DNA from: Felis catus
Taxonomy: Eukaryota
DNA: 64,000 bases
Direction: 5' to 3'
NCBI RefSeq assembly: GCF_018350175.1
Contig: NC_058368.1
Location: 225,496,001-225,560,000 of the forward strand
The position numbers and the translations under genes are program-made. Below are positions 25,111-36,762 of this stretch, piece after piece (the stretch's first letter is position 1; the number at the start of each line of letters is the position of its first letter). Under the pieces are notes generated by a model. It had not been told where the DNA came from. It did not search any database and worked only from the letters and a program-made list of their open reading frames with translations.

Positions 25111-26396
25111 GCAGAGACTGTGTTCATTGCTTCCAAGTTCGCGTCTCAGGAGTTTAGCCCTGCTCTCCAGCCCAGGTGGATCACCAGTCCGGAAGACTGG
25201 CTTTGGGTTTATCAAATGTTTCTACTTCTCCCCCTGCCGTATGATCCCCCACGAGGCAGCGACTATATCTCAAGGTTATTTTCATGGTTCGGGGATCTAC
25301 TTGAGGATGTGTTTTGTCTGGGACTCTCTCAAATATAGGACCTATCTAAGCTACAAACTCAGTATTCACAAACAAGAAGAAAGCAGTGACTTGGCAGAAA
25401 TAACGGGTCTGCAGGGTTAACACGGGCCATGTAGACCTTTTCAGATATCGCCGGTCCCAGTGAGGAGAGAGTCCCGAGATGTTGTGGTGGTTTTGCTGGC
25501 CACTCTCTGGTACCATCGATCTACTGACGACGGATCTTAGGTTCTCTCGTGAGCGGGCACTGCGGGCCTCATTGGGAACTCCGGCAGCTCACGAAGCTTC
25601 CTTGGGAAGGTTGTCTCAGGTTAGAATCCTTCCGAGAGGCCGTGTGGCCAGCGGGTGGGATCACTGGAGGGGACTGTCTCAGGGTGAGCTTTCTCAGCCT
25701 GGCCACGTTCACGCTGGAATGTCAAGTTCTTGGTCACTCTGTCAGGAGCACACAGAAGTTGTTCATGCGCCCTTGTCTTTTCTGACCTTCTTTATTGCCC
25801 AAGTCCGTGTTCCCAGGTGCCTGCTTCCTGGGAGGAGCCCAGGCGCGTGGAGTGAGGTATATCGTTTCTCGCCTTAACCGGAATGATGAAAGAGCCTTCA
25901 ACGTTGAACTACAGCGAGTAACCCGCATTATGGAGGTTATTCCTTCTGCCGTGTCTCTTGCCTCTCCTCGGTTCTCACGCCTCCTCAGCGGCTGTGTCCC
26001 CGTGGCCTCCCCCACCTCCCCCAATGTAGGTCAAGGCTTTGCTTTGCCTGTTGAACCTGGAGCTCTGATTTTTTTTTTTTTCTTTTTGCCAGCCTCATTT
26101 TTGAACTTAAATACAGGTATCATCCTTCTGATTGGTCTCTCTCGTTCTGATTCCAGATCTTGTGGTCCCCGCGGCCACGCCCAACCCCCACATCACACAC
26201 CTGCTTCGGCCACTGACGACTGCCCAGGGCTGCTCTTGCTTCTGTGCGTAACCCCTGCCTTCCCCTCTCCCACCCCTCCTCCCCGGTCTCTGACCTGTTG
26301 CTGTCCTGGGGTCTCAGGGATGACCGGTCTCCTTTTCCTCCTTCAGCTGGAGTATTCACCCTGCACCTGCAGTTCCTTAAAAAATAACTTTCTTCA

Positions 26397-26603
26397 GGGG
26401 TGCCTGGGTGGCGCAGTCGGTTAAGCGTCCGACTTCAGCCAGGTCACGATCTCGCGGTCTGTGAGTTCGAGCCCCGCGTCGGGCTCTGGGCTGATGGCTC
26501 AGAGCCTGGAGCCTGTTTACTATTCTGTGTCTCCCTCTCTCTCTGCCCCTCGCCCGTTCATGCTCTGTCTCTCTCTGTCCCAAAAATAAATAAATGTTGA
26601 AAA
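26397..26603 (+). mobile_element. Young feline Can-SINE (SINEC_Fc type)
   Basis: Shared diagnostic GCGCAGTCGG, CAGCCAGGTCACG, CTGTCCCAAAAA; perfect TSD AAAAAATAACTTTCTTCA. Confidence 0.96.
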
Positions 26604-27219
26604 AAAAAATAACTTTCTTCACAGACCTGTGGAGAAGACACTCTGATGCCAGGGCTGAAACTTGCAGTTAATCGTTCCGTCTTGAGTTCCAAGTGGCCGT
26701 GCAAGGAGGAGCGAAAATCACAGTTTGAAATGTTCCCAAGCGGTTCATGGCACAAAGGCCTGGATTCCTTCCAGAGTTACCAAATGTACACCTCCCTGCC
26801 TTATTGCTACAGTCAAAGAAGACTCGATGGTCACTCAGGGTTCGGGCGTTTTAAATTAGCCAGAGTTTTAAGAGCATATTATATCGATAGCGGCGTGTAC
26901 CTTTTTTGAGTTTTTAACACCTTTCAATTCTGAGTATGAAAATGGTTTTATAACTGGGGGAAAAGCAACGAGTTCTGGTGGAAGCACGGTGAGAAATGTA
27001 GGCTCCTTTTTGCTTGAACTTGATGAAAACCAGAGAGAAGATAGGATCAGGGGTTTTTTGGGGGTTTTTTTTTTTAAGAAATAAACAGAATTTTGCGTTC
27101 AGGCGTTCTGCGGGCAGCTGGCCAGGAAGCGTGCCTATAGCTCAGGAATCATCCCAAACCAACTAATGGAAAAAGTCTGACTTGCTGGCGGCTGAAATTC
27201 AATATTGAGGCAGCGACAC

Positions 27220-27222
<3 letters not shown>

Positions 27223-27254
<32 letters not shown>
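27223..27254. repeat. (GT)n microsatellite
   Basis: Read directly. Confidence 0.95.
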
Positions 27255-27257
<3 letters not shown>

Positions 27258-27625
27258 ATGCTGGGGCAGGATGGCGGTAAAAGACATTGGAAGCCTTAAT
27301 CCCTGGCAGCTATAAATAGAGCACTTACTTGGGTGGCTAACATTTGTGCTTTTAAAAAAGGGCTTTATTCTGTCATTTGGTCAGAATTAAGATATGATTC
27401 AATAGGTTACGTCCAAGACTGGCCTAAAAACAGACACGTTTTCCATTCTGATGTGAGCCAGCTTTAATTAAAGAGCACTGCTGCACAGACCCATTAAATA
27501 GTTGAGACACTTCCCTTCACAAGCTTCCTTTGAATGGGGGCATTCGACACAAAATAATGCATTTTTTAAACAACCCGTATTGAGGCCCAGACCGTGTGGC
27601 CGGCTGTCTGAAAGAGTTGCAGATA

Positions 27626-27830
27626 GGGGCGCCTGGGTGGCGCAGTCGGTTAAGCATCCGACTTCAGCCAGGTCACGATCTCGCGCTCCGTGAGTTCGAG
27701 CCCCGCGTCAGGCTCTGGGCTGATGGCTCGGAGCCTGGAGCCTGTTTCCGATTCTGTGTCTCCCTCTCTCTCTGCCCCTCCCCCGTTCATGCTCTGTCTC
27801 TCTCTCTCTGTCCCAAAAATAAATAAACAT
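27626..27830 (+). mobile_element. Young feline Can-SINE (SINEC_Fc type)
   Basis: Same diagnostic sites; perfect TSD TGAAAGAGTTGCAGATA. Confidence 0.96.
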
Positions 27831-27970
27831 TGAAAGAGTTGCAGATACTGGCCCGTAGGGATCAGCAGGTGAGGAGATGAGTGAAACGAGCCAGGTTGTG
27901 CTCGTGGGGAGTGGCGAGGATTGTGGTTAACCGGTGCTTGTGAGCCTGGGAGAATTTAAGACTCGGTGTT

Positions 27971-28150
27971 GGGGCACCTGGGTGGTCAGTTGGTTGAGCG
28001 TCTGACTTTGGCTGAGGTCACGGTCTCGAGGTTCGTGAGTTCGAACCCCACATCGGGCTCTTTGCTGTCAGCACAGAGCCCACGATCCGATCCTCTGTTC
28101 TCTCTCTCTCTCTGCCCCTCCCCTGCTTGCGCGCTCTCAAAAATAATCCA
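27971..28150 (+). mobile_element. Can-SINE (first of a tandem pair)
   Basis: Canonical head and body; short tail. Confidence 0.92.
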
Positions 28151-28152
28151 TA

Positions 28153-28379
28153 GGGGCGCGTGGGTGGCTCCGTCGGTCAAGGGTCTGACTTCAGCTCAGG
28201 TCATGATCTCACAGCTCTTGTGAGTTCCAGCCCCGCATCAGGCTCTGTACTGATAGCTCAGAGCCCAGAGCCTGCTTTGGATGGTGTCGCCCTCTCTCCC
28301 TGCCCCTCCCCCACTTGCACTCTGTCTCTCCCTCTTTCTCAAAAATAAATAAACATTAAAAAAATAATAAAAAAATAAA
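28153..28379 (+). mobile_element. Can-SINE (second of a tandem pair)
   Basis: Canonical head, body and tail; the pair is bracketed by TSD AAGACTCGGTGTTG. Confidence 0.93.
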
Positions 28380-28404
28380 AAGACTCGGTGTTGCCAGACC
28401 TTTC

Positions 28405-28525
28405 CAAGCAGGCTCACACTCAGCATGGAGGCTGACGCAGGGCTGGATCCCACGAGCCGGGGATCATGATCTGAGCCAAAACCAAGAATTAGTTGCTCAA
28501 CTGACTGAGCCACCCAGGCGCCCCC
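28405..28525 (-). mobile_element. Can-SINE, older type, tail missing
   Basis: Reverse-complement head ending CTGAGCCACCCAGGCGCCCC. Confidence 0.88.
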
Positions 28526-29215
28526 AGGCCTTCTTTCTAGTTTTGAAAGAGACCAGATATATAGATTTCTGTGAATTGTCCCAATTTGTAAAACGTTGAC
28601 AAGTAATGAATGCATGTTGGTTTTTACTGCGTGAGCCAAACGAAACTTGACTGGGGCTCATACTACACGGTGAAGAAGTGACGCGGCTTAACTTTGGAGC
28701 AGGAGGAGGGAATGGAATGACTCTTTGCCTTTGGGTTAGTGTTAGCTGGCTTCCAAAAATATATTTACTGTGTTGTAAAACCGTTTTTGCAAGGGTGGTA
28801 TCTAGGTTAAATTTCTGCATTTCTAGAATGGATCCCCATTTTATTCAGTGTTGTTGGCTCCTTCTTTATGTTTTACTTGGCTAATCCAGGGAGGCTGGAT
28901 AGTCTTGTCTTTTAAAGGGGAAAAAGTTTTATTATACAATTTTAAAACTTTACTCTTTTTTTTTTTTTTTTTTTTGGCAAGGATGTGAGGTATGGAAGGT
29001 TGGATGCCGTTCGAGGGTCCTTTCCTACTTCTCTTGGTCACTTGGGTGTTCATTCAGCAAGAATGGAGTGTCCCTTAGAGGGGAAGGTTGTGGAAGCAGG
29101 CTTTGAATGCCGTCCCCTTGCTGGCCAGGTGGATGGCCTTGGCGACCTGCGTTCCTCTTCAGTGCCTCATGCCTCCCATTTGTAAAATGGGTTTGATCAT
29201 AACTCTGTAGTCTTA

Positions 29216-29339
29216 GGGGCACCTGGATGGCTCAGTTGGTTGAACTTCTGGCTCTTGGTTTCAGCTCAGGTCATGATCTCCTAGTTTGTGAGTTTGAGCT
29301 CCGTGTCAGGCTGCATGCTGACAGTGCAGAGCCTGCTTG

Positions 29340-29390
<51 letters not shown>

Positions 29391-29405
29391 AAAGCTAAAA
29401 AAAAA
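29216..29405 (+). mobile_element. Can-SINE with long (CT)n
   Basis: Head, (CT)n at about 29344-29387, A tail; diverged TSD AACTC..TAGT.TTA. Confidence 0.92.
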
Positions 29406-29409
29406 CTCC

Positions 29410-29682
29410 ATAGTTTTAGCTTGGGCTGCCATAATAGAACCCCCCAGACTTGGTTGGGGGGTGGGACTTAAAGAGGCATTTATTTCTCACAGTCCTGGAG
29501 GCCAGAAGTCCAAGATCAAGGTGCTGGCAGATTCAGTTTCTGGCGAGGACTCCTTCCCTGTCTTGCAGAGGGGGCTATCTTCTGATTGTGTCCTCACATG
29601 GAGGGAAGAGAAAACGCTCTGGTGTCTCTACATAGAAGGATCAGAGTTTCACCCGTATGACCTAATTAAACTCCCAAATAAC
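29410..29682. mobile_element. MLT1-family (ERVL-MaLR) LTR fragment
   Basis: GGCTGCCATAA...ATTTATTTCTCACAGTCCTGGAGGCCAGAAGTCCAAGATCAAGGTG hallmark. Confidence 0.8.
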
Positions 29683-29689
29683 ACCCGAA

Positions 29690-29902
29690 CGGTTACTCCC
29701 CATTCACCCCCTCCCCCAGCCCCTGGCAACCACCGATGATCCATAGAGTTACCCATTCTGGATATTTCCTGTACATGAAATTGTACAGTATGTGACCTTT
29801 TGTGTCTGACTTCTTTCACTTGGTATGTTTTTTAGTTTCATCCGCTTGATAACATAGATGAGTGCTTAATTCCATTTTATGGCTGAATAATACTCCAGTG
29901 TT
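29690..29902 (-). mobile_element. Old L1 (L1MB-like) 3' UTR fragment
   Basis: CCCCCAGCCCCTGGCAACCACC...TTCTGGATATTTC...TTTATGGCTGAATAATACTCCA. Confidence 0.75.
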
Positions 29903-30057
29903 GGCTCGGACTTTATATAGAAGTGTATAAAAATATGATATAAAACTGTCTCCAATGATACATCTCACGTACATAATGTATATATTTCTATATGTTGATT
30001 TCCATCCGTCAAGAGGCTCCATTTACAGAGACCGGAATGGATGTATTGTGTTCTTAA

Positions 30058-30271
30058 ATTTTTTTTTTCAACGTTTATTTATTTTTGGGACAGAGAGAGA
30101 CAGAGCATGAACAGGGGAGGGGCAGAGAGAGAGGGAGACACAGAATCGGAAACAGGCTCCAGGCTCTGAGCCATCAGCCCAGAGCCTGACGCGGGGCTCG
30201 AACCCACGGACCGCGAGATTGTGACCTGGCTGAAGTCGGACGCTTAACCGACTGCACCACCCAGGCGCCCC
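30058..30271 (-). mobile_element. Young feline Can-SINE (SINEC_Fc type)
   Basis: Perfect flanking repeat ATGGATGTATTGTGTTCTTAA (30037-30057, 30272-30292). Confidence 0.96.
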
Positions 30272-30360
30272 ATGGATGTATTGTGTTCTTAAGTACAGTA
30301 TCCTGGTGGCTTTAACACAGTTCCTACTTTGGGCTTCTATTTTCAGTTGTTTAATAACCT

Positions 30361-30614
30361 TATTTTTTTTTTATTTTTTTTAACGTTCATGTATTTTATT
30401 TTAATGTCTATTTTATTTTTTATGTGTATTTTGAGACTGAGACAGAGTGTGAGTGGGGGAGGGGCAGAGGGAGAGGGAGACACAGAATCCGAAGCAGGCT
30501 CCAGGCTCTGAGCTGTCAGCACAGAGCCCGAGGTGGGGCTCGAACCCATGGACTGCAAGATTGGGTCCTGAGCCACAGTCGGACGCTTAACCAACTGAGC
30601 CATCCAGGTGCCCC
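30361..30614 (-). mobile_element. Can-SINE
   Basis: Reverse-complement SINE with an extended T-rich tail. Confidence 0.92.
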
Positions 30615-30971
30615 TCAACTAATAAATAAGTTTTTATTTTAAATGCTTTATTCATAGCTCACAAGCCAGAGGCCAAAGCATGTTCAGAAAACCTAATTGT
30701 AGTTTAATTCACAGGAGCCTGAGGCTCATCTCCCAGTGGTCGATTTGGACTGCTCACGTGTGTGATTTAACACGTGCGAATACCTGGTTTTATGTTGATT
30801 TCATCCTTTGTCTTAAATGTGTGCCAAGAGGTAGGAAGGTTCGGATTTTCCGCTTACAGCCACGTAAGAGAACATTCAGAAGTGACTTTTTTGCTTTAGT
30901 TTTAAGTGATTCACCAGTTTTTTGCTCTTTTTATAACCAGGGTAAAGATGAGTTTTTATATTACATTTTTT

Positions 30972-31194
30972 TTTTAATTTTTTTTTTCAACGTTTATTTA
31001 TTTTTTTTTGGGACAGAGAGAGACAGAGCATGAACGGGGGAGGGGCAGAGAGAGAGGGAGACACAGAATCGGAAACAGGCTCCAGGCTCTGAGCCATCAG
31101 CCCAGAGCCCGACGCGGGGCTCGAACTCACGGACCGCGAGATCGTGACCTGGCTGAAGTCGGACGTTTAACTGACTGCTCCACCCAGGCGCCCC
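30972..31194 (-). mobile_element. Young feline Can-SINE (SINEC_Fc type)
   Basis: Perfect TSD TATATTACATTTTTT. Confidence 0.96.
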
Positions 31195-31345
31195 TATATT
31201 ACATTTTTTAAGGAATAAAGCTCAGAAAAAGGAAGTTACGTGGATGTGCTGTGCGCGTTCCCTTCCCTCTTGGCAACTCACACATGGAAATACCAAAGCA
31301 TTATCTCCCATAATTTTACCATAGTAGTGTTAAAAACCAAGCCTT

Positions 31346-31557
31346 GGGGCGCCTGGGTGGCTCAGTCGGTTGAGCATCTGACTTCGGCTCAGGTCATGAT
31401 CTCACAGTTCATGGGTTCAAGCCCCATGTCGGGCTCCATGCTGACAGCACAGAGCCTGGAACCTGCTTCAGATCCTCTGTTTCCCTCTCTCTCCACCCCT
31501 CCCCCGTGCTCTCCTTCTCTCTCAAAAATAAACAATTAAAAAAAAAAGAAGAAGAAA
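31346..31557 (+). mobile_element. Can-SINE
   Basis: Canonical head, body and A-rich tail. Confidence 0.93.
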
Positions 31558-32465
31558 AGCCCCAGAACTTAAGTATACTTTGCCTTTACCCACACTGAAG
31601 TTTTCTATTCTATGGATAGTGGGGTTTTTTTTGTTTTTTGTTTTTTGTTTTTAAAGAGGGAGAAGCTATCTCCTTCTGTAAATGTTGTTACGTGAAAAGC
31701 CTTTCGATATTACCTGTGTAATCCTTTGGGATGTGGTGGGAGCCCTTGGGCCTTATTTAGGGCTGGCTGAAATTGTCCTGTGGTCTTTCTTTTTTCAATA
31801 GAGCACTCTAGATGCAAATGCTCTCACCGGCGATCTGTCAACCGATCGAGGGACCAGTGCTGGTTGGTTTGGTCCTCGCTCTGGCAATTGATACTTTGTC
31901 CTTGGTTTTTCCAGTCCTTGTGCTTCCTGCGAGCTCTACTCTTCTGTGTCCTTGGCGGCCTTGTTCTCTATCTCGCACTTGAGAGGCAGCAGAGTCTAAC
32001 TACAAGAGCGCGTGCTCTGGCCCTGACCTCTATTTCCAGTCTGGGCTCCACCACTTCCTAAGTTAAGTTACAAAGAGGCAAGCAAACGGAAACGGAGGAA
32101 GTCACTTTTGTCGAGGGGCAATCCGAAATCCCGGGTTCTTGAAGGTCAATGGGATTTCTCTGCTAATGCCCAGTGGCCAGGGGCATCGACAGGAAGGGGG
32201 GCGGTCAGGAGACGTCCCTGGGAAGAGACCGACAGGATCCACAGAATTCCGGCACCTCTTGGGTACGGGTGATGAGGTTGCCGAACGTCAGCTTTCCATC
32301 CAGTGGTGGCAGAGACCCTTCAGGACGGGGGTCGGGGAGGAGGAAGGGTGGAGAGATGATGATAAGGTTTTGGCCAGGCTGGCTTGTGTCTTCCAGGCCT
32401 TGGTGGTTCACGATTTAAAACTTCCTCTAGGTGGGATGTCAGTGGGCCATGAACACTCTTTAGAC

Positions 32466-32685
32466 CAGTGGCTCTCACTGTAGGTGGCTTTGCTCTGCAG
32501 GGGACACTTGGTGATGTTTGCAGATTTTTTTGGCTTATCCCAACTATAACCCCGTGGCTGGGGTTCCGCAGTGAGTAGAGGCCAGGGATGCCGCTGAGCG
32601 TCCTGCCATGCGCAGGGACAAGCCTCCACAACAAAGAATGACCTGGCCCCAGATGGCGATGCTGCTGATGTTGGACCGTTCCGGA
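32466..32685 (+). mobile_element. MER20 fossil
   Basis: CAGTGGCTCTCA...CAGGGGACACTTGG...GTAGAGGCCAGGGATGCCGCT...CCACAACAAAGAATGACCTGGCCC. Confidence 0.87.
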
Positions 32686-33246
32686 AGTAAAGGATGCACG
32701 TTCCTTTAGTCCCAGGAGTGACCTGCTAGCGTCTCCTTCTAGTTTGTAACGCTGAGGGGGTTGGGGAAGGACCGCTCCAGACTCTTCCCCTAGTGCTCCA
32801 CAGGGCACTAGAAGCCTGTTGTTGGCCTTAACGACACTCAGGCAGCAGCTGAGTGTCAGGGAACAGGTGCCTTTGGGGCCTGTAATGGATACGGGATCCA
32901 GCCCCGGTGTGTGAGACACATTGTCACTTCTGTGCAAATGCCAAATACAGGGGATTTCTGTTGCTTCTGACAGGGACTGCGATCGAGGGTGTGTCCGTCC
33001 TGATCTCTGGGCACTTTCTGTCTTCACTTGGAACAGGAAATCGGACTCCACAACTGTGGGATCGTTCTCCCTCCTCGGATATCCCTTTGCTCGCAAGCTG
33101 TTCTCGACTCTCCCCACAGCTCTCGCCCTGGACCCACGCGTTGTCTGCGTGTGGGTCAACGCACAGGACGGTTTGTGGCCAATTGGCATCTTGGAAGTCA
33201 GGTATTAAATTTCTTAGTTCCACCTGCAGCAGGGAGCTCATTCTTT

Positions 33247-33479
33247 TTTTATTTTTATTTGTACTTAAAAATTTTTTTTTAACGTTTATTTATTTTTGAG
33301 ACAGAGACAGAGCGTGAACGGGGGAGGGTCAGAGAGAGAGGGAGACGCAGAATCTGAAACAGGCTCCAGGCTCTGAGCGGTCAGCCCAGAGCCCGACGCG
33401 GGGCTCGAACTCACGGACCGTGAGATCATGACCTGAGCCGAAGTCGGATGCTTAACCGACCAAGCCACCCAGGCGCCCC
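33247..33479 (-). mobile_element. Can-SINE
   Basis: Perfect TSD AGGGAGCTCATTCTTT. Confidence 0.96.
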
Positions 33480-36041
33480 AGGGAGCTCATTCTTTAAAGC
33501 AAACGAGAGATCGTCAGGTGGTGTCCTGGGAGCCGTAAAATAGAGCTGGAAGTGGGTTCCTTCTGAAGTGACACTGTCTTCTGCTTTGGCAGACCCTAGA
33601 AGCAGAACTTTCTCGCTTTGTGACGCTTGTCCGTCAGCGGATCTGGAATGGGCCTGTTTGCCCTGGGATCGGGTCATTCCCACAGCCCGGGAAGATTGGC
33701 TGTCAAGGAGGCAGCTCTGGGCTCTGACTGCCCAGAGCTGCTGGCCTCCGGGCGGGAGAACATTCCTCTGTTGCCCTCCTTTCCTGTCTCCTGTTGAGAG
33801 CAGGGAGACTCCGGCTCCAAGGGCAGCCGCGGTTTGGGAGAAGAGGGTTTCAAGGTCAGGGGGAAGATGATTTATCCTCCGAAGACAACGGTAAGCTTCG
33901 CAGAATGAGACCAGACAGATGTGGGTTACGTTGCATATCCTACGTTCGTTCCTGGAAGCGTTTCCTTCAGAGGGTTGGGAAGCCAAGCTGTGTGCGGTTT
34001 GCCTAAAGACGGCCCTACCCATCCCTGGAAAGAGGGAATCAGGCCACTCTCCGCCGCCGACGTGATTCTATCGGGGTCAGAAACGTACGACTCCACTACT
34101 GGAGGTTCTGGTCTGTTCTCACGTAGTTCGTGATTCAGTGCGACACTCAACTCCGTGTTCTCATCCCAGGCTCTGGGTTGCAAGTGCTTCAAGCTCCAGA
34201 CTCACAGATCTTCCCTCCCGTTTAAACACACCATTCCCTTTTGTGTTTTCATCAGCACCTCTCGTGTCCTTTGTCCCTCTGCCTTTTGTGACGCCTGTTT
34301 TCTGTAGCTACTGGTCTGGTCTCTGATTAGATTAAAGTCTTTGAGAGAAGACTAGCTCTTGTTCATTTTCAGGCTGTTGAACCATTCTGGAAGCCAGGGG
34401 CACTGGACTGGGCTATTTTCCTAATATTCGTTCCCTTATTTAATCTCTTAGCTGTCCTGCGGATCTGAATTTATCATTTGCGTTTTGTGACGTAGGGAAC
34501 TGTAGAGCAGAGAATAAACGTGCCAGGCGAGGCCGAATTAGGTGGAGTTAAGAGGATGCACTTGCCCGAGAGTCAGTGACTTGATGGTATATAGATTATA
34601 CATTAATAGCCCTCTTTTTTAAAAAGAGGAGAGAAAAACCCCACCTGTTGCGCCACCTGTTAGCTCTGGAGCTTTGGGCAAGTTCTTTGCTCTGCGCCTG
34701 CTTCCTCACTTCTGTTAGATGGGGGCAGTGTTCGTTGCTGGGGCGTCAGAAATAAGCGAGCGTGTGCGAAATGTTTGGCACCTGCCCACGGTCCGTGTGT
34801 CTGCTGTTGCTGTCATTCTCCAGGCTGATGTGGCCACGTGGGGTACTGGAGTCCGGTCTGCTGGATGCGGAGGATGCCTCGCCATGGAGTTCTGTGTTCT
34901 TCTTGGCCCTCGCACAGTGCCTTGTCAGCCAACGGGGCTGAGTCAGTGTGTGTAGGATGAGTCCACGCATTTGGAATTCTGGGTGCTGCTTGTTCTTCGG
35001 GTGAAGCGAATTTGCTAAAAGATGAGAATGTGCCTCAGGTTCACGAGAGAAATAGAACGGCGGGTCACAAATGTGGAAAATCCTCTCGCGTTCCTTAGCC
35101 AGGGCCGAAAGAGCAAACAGCTTCTCAGATCAGTCGTTTTAAAGGTGGGAAATATGGCTTCATGATGGTTTGGCTCTAGAAGCTGCCAAGGAGCCAAAGT
35201 GCTGGGGGTTGGGACGGTGGTGGGAATTTCTAGTGTCCTTCCCTCTGTCTAGAGAATGAGTCTGGCCAGCCTTGGGGGCGGGGTGGGCAGAGTGGCATTG
35301 GGAGGGCTGGACAGGGGGCATGATCGGGCATGTGGGTTCCGAGATAAGTAGCCCCTGAATGCTCCTTGTTAGAGATTCTAGAAGACAGGAGGTTTTCGTG
35401 TATAATCCAGGATAAGTGTTTTTAGAGTAGAGCTATCACTTGTAATACTGTGTTCCACAGTGTGAACCCCAAAATCTGAAATAGGAGTCTTCCTACCTAT
35501 TTACATGCTATAGAGGTAATCTTAGGGAAGGGAGTTGGACACAAAAAGGTCAAGGTCACTGTTGATGGGGCAGGGCTGGGAAAAGGTACACACTCTCTGG
35601 CAAAGCATCAATGTGAACGGAGTTGATGCTGGAGTCTCCCGTGTCCTTGGATCTTTGTCGGAAGCCCTTCCTTCTGTCCTTGGCCCTTCCTAGCACAGGT
35701 GGTTGTGGCCTCCCAGGGAACAGGGAGGCCTGGCATCGTGCAAGTTTCTTACTTACATATGAGCATACCTCGCTTTATTGCACTTTGCAGGTACTTCATT
35801 TTTTACCAGTTGGAGGTCTTTGGCAACCTCGTGTCGAGCAAATCTGTTGGCACCGTTTTTCTAACAGTATTTGCTCATTCTCTGTCTCTGGGTCACATTG
35901 TGGCAATTCTCCAAGTATTTCAAACTTTTTCAATACTACTACATTCGTTATGGTGATTGGTGACCGGTGATTATGACTTGACTGTAATCTCAGATGATGA
36001 TTACTGTTTGTTCTTTTTGTTTTTGTTTTAACAATCAAGTG

Positions 36042-36149
36042 TTTTTCTTTTATTTCTCTCTCTCTCTCTCTCTCCCTTCCTTCCTTCCTTCCTTCCTTCC
36101 TTCCTTCCTTCCTTCCTTCCTTTCTTTTTCTTTCTCTCTCTCTCTCTTC

Positions 36150-36199
<50 letters not shown>

Positions 36200-36564
36200 G
36201 TCTGTCTTTCTGTCTTTCTTTCTGTCTCTCTTTTCTTTTCTTTTCTTTCTTTCTCTTTCTTTCTTTCTTTTTCTTTCTCTCTCTTTCTTTCTTTCTTTCT
36301 TTCTGTCTCTTTTCTTTCTCTTTCTTTCTTTCTTTCTTTCTATTTCCCTTCCTTCCTTCCTTCCTTCCTTCCTTCCTTCCTTCCTTTCTTTTTCTTTCTC
36401 TCTCTCTCTCTCTCTCTTCCTTTCTTTCTTTCTTTCTTTCTGTCTGTCTGTCTTTCTGTCTTTCTTTCTGTCTCTCTTTTCTTTTCTTTTCTTTCTTTCT
36501 CTTTCTTTCTTTCTTTCTTTCTTTTTCTTTCTCTCTCTTTCTTTCTTTCTGTCTCTTTTCTTTC

Positions 36565-36611
<47 letters not shown>

Positions 36612-36672
36612 ATTTCCCTTCCTTCCTTCCTTCCTTCCTTCCTTCCTTCCTTCCTTCCTTCCTTCCTTCCTT
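36042..36672. repeat. Compound (CCTT)n/(CTTT)n/(CT)n/(CTGT)n polypyrimidine tract
   Basis: Read directly. Confidence 0.97.
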
Positions 36673-36762
36673 GTCTGGTAGGCTCCATGCCCAGAGTGGG
36701 GCTTTTCATGACCCTGAGATCAAGAGTCGCACGCTTTACGGACTGAGCCAGCCAGGCGCCCC
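36047..36762 (-). mobile_element. Can-SINE whose 3' part has become a ~630-bp compound pyrimidine repeat
   Basis: Head at about 36675-36762; diverged TSD ACAATCAAGTGTTTTT / GCAATAAAGTATTTTT. Confidence 0.85.

Noticed and set aside
25795..26424. 209-aa + strand ORF
   Set aside because: Non-ATG start, includes a poly-T run and ends inside a young SINE; no recognisable homology.
32320..33189. Longest ORF in the track (289 aa, - strand)
   Set aside because: Runs through a MER20 fossil, has no recognisable domain, poly(A) tail or TSD, and is antisense intronic. A tblastn/PhyloCSF check would be decisive; I expect no coding signal.
35994..36746. 250-aa F/L/S-rich and 219-aa K/E/R-rich ORFs
   Set aside because: Stop-free translations of the polypyrimidine microsatellite.
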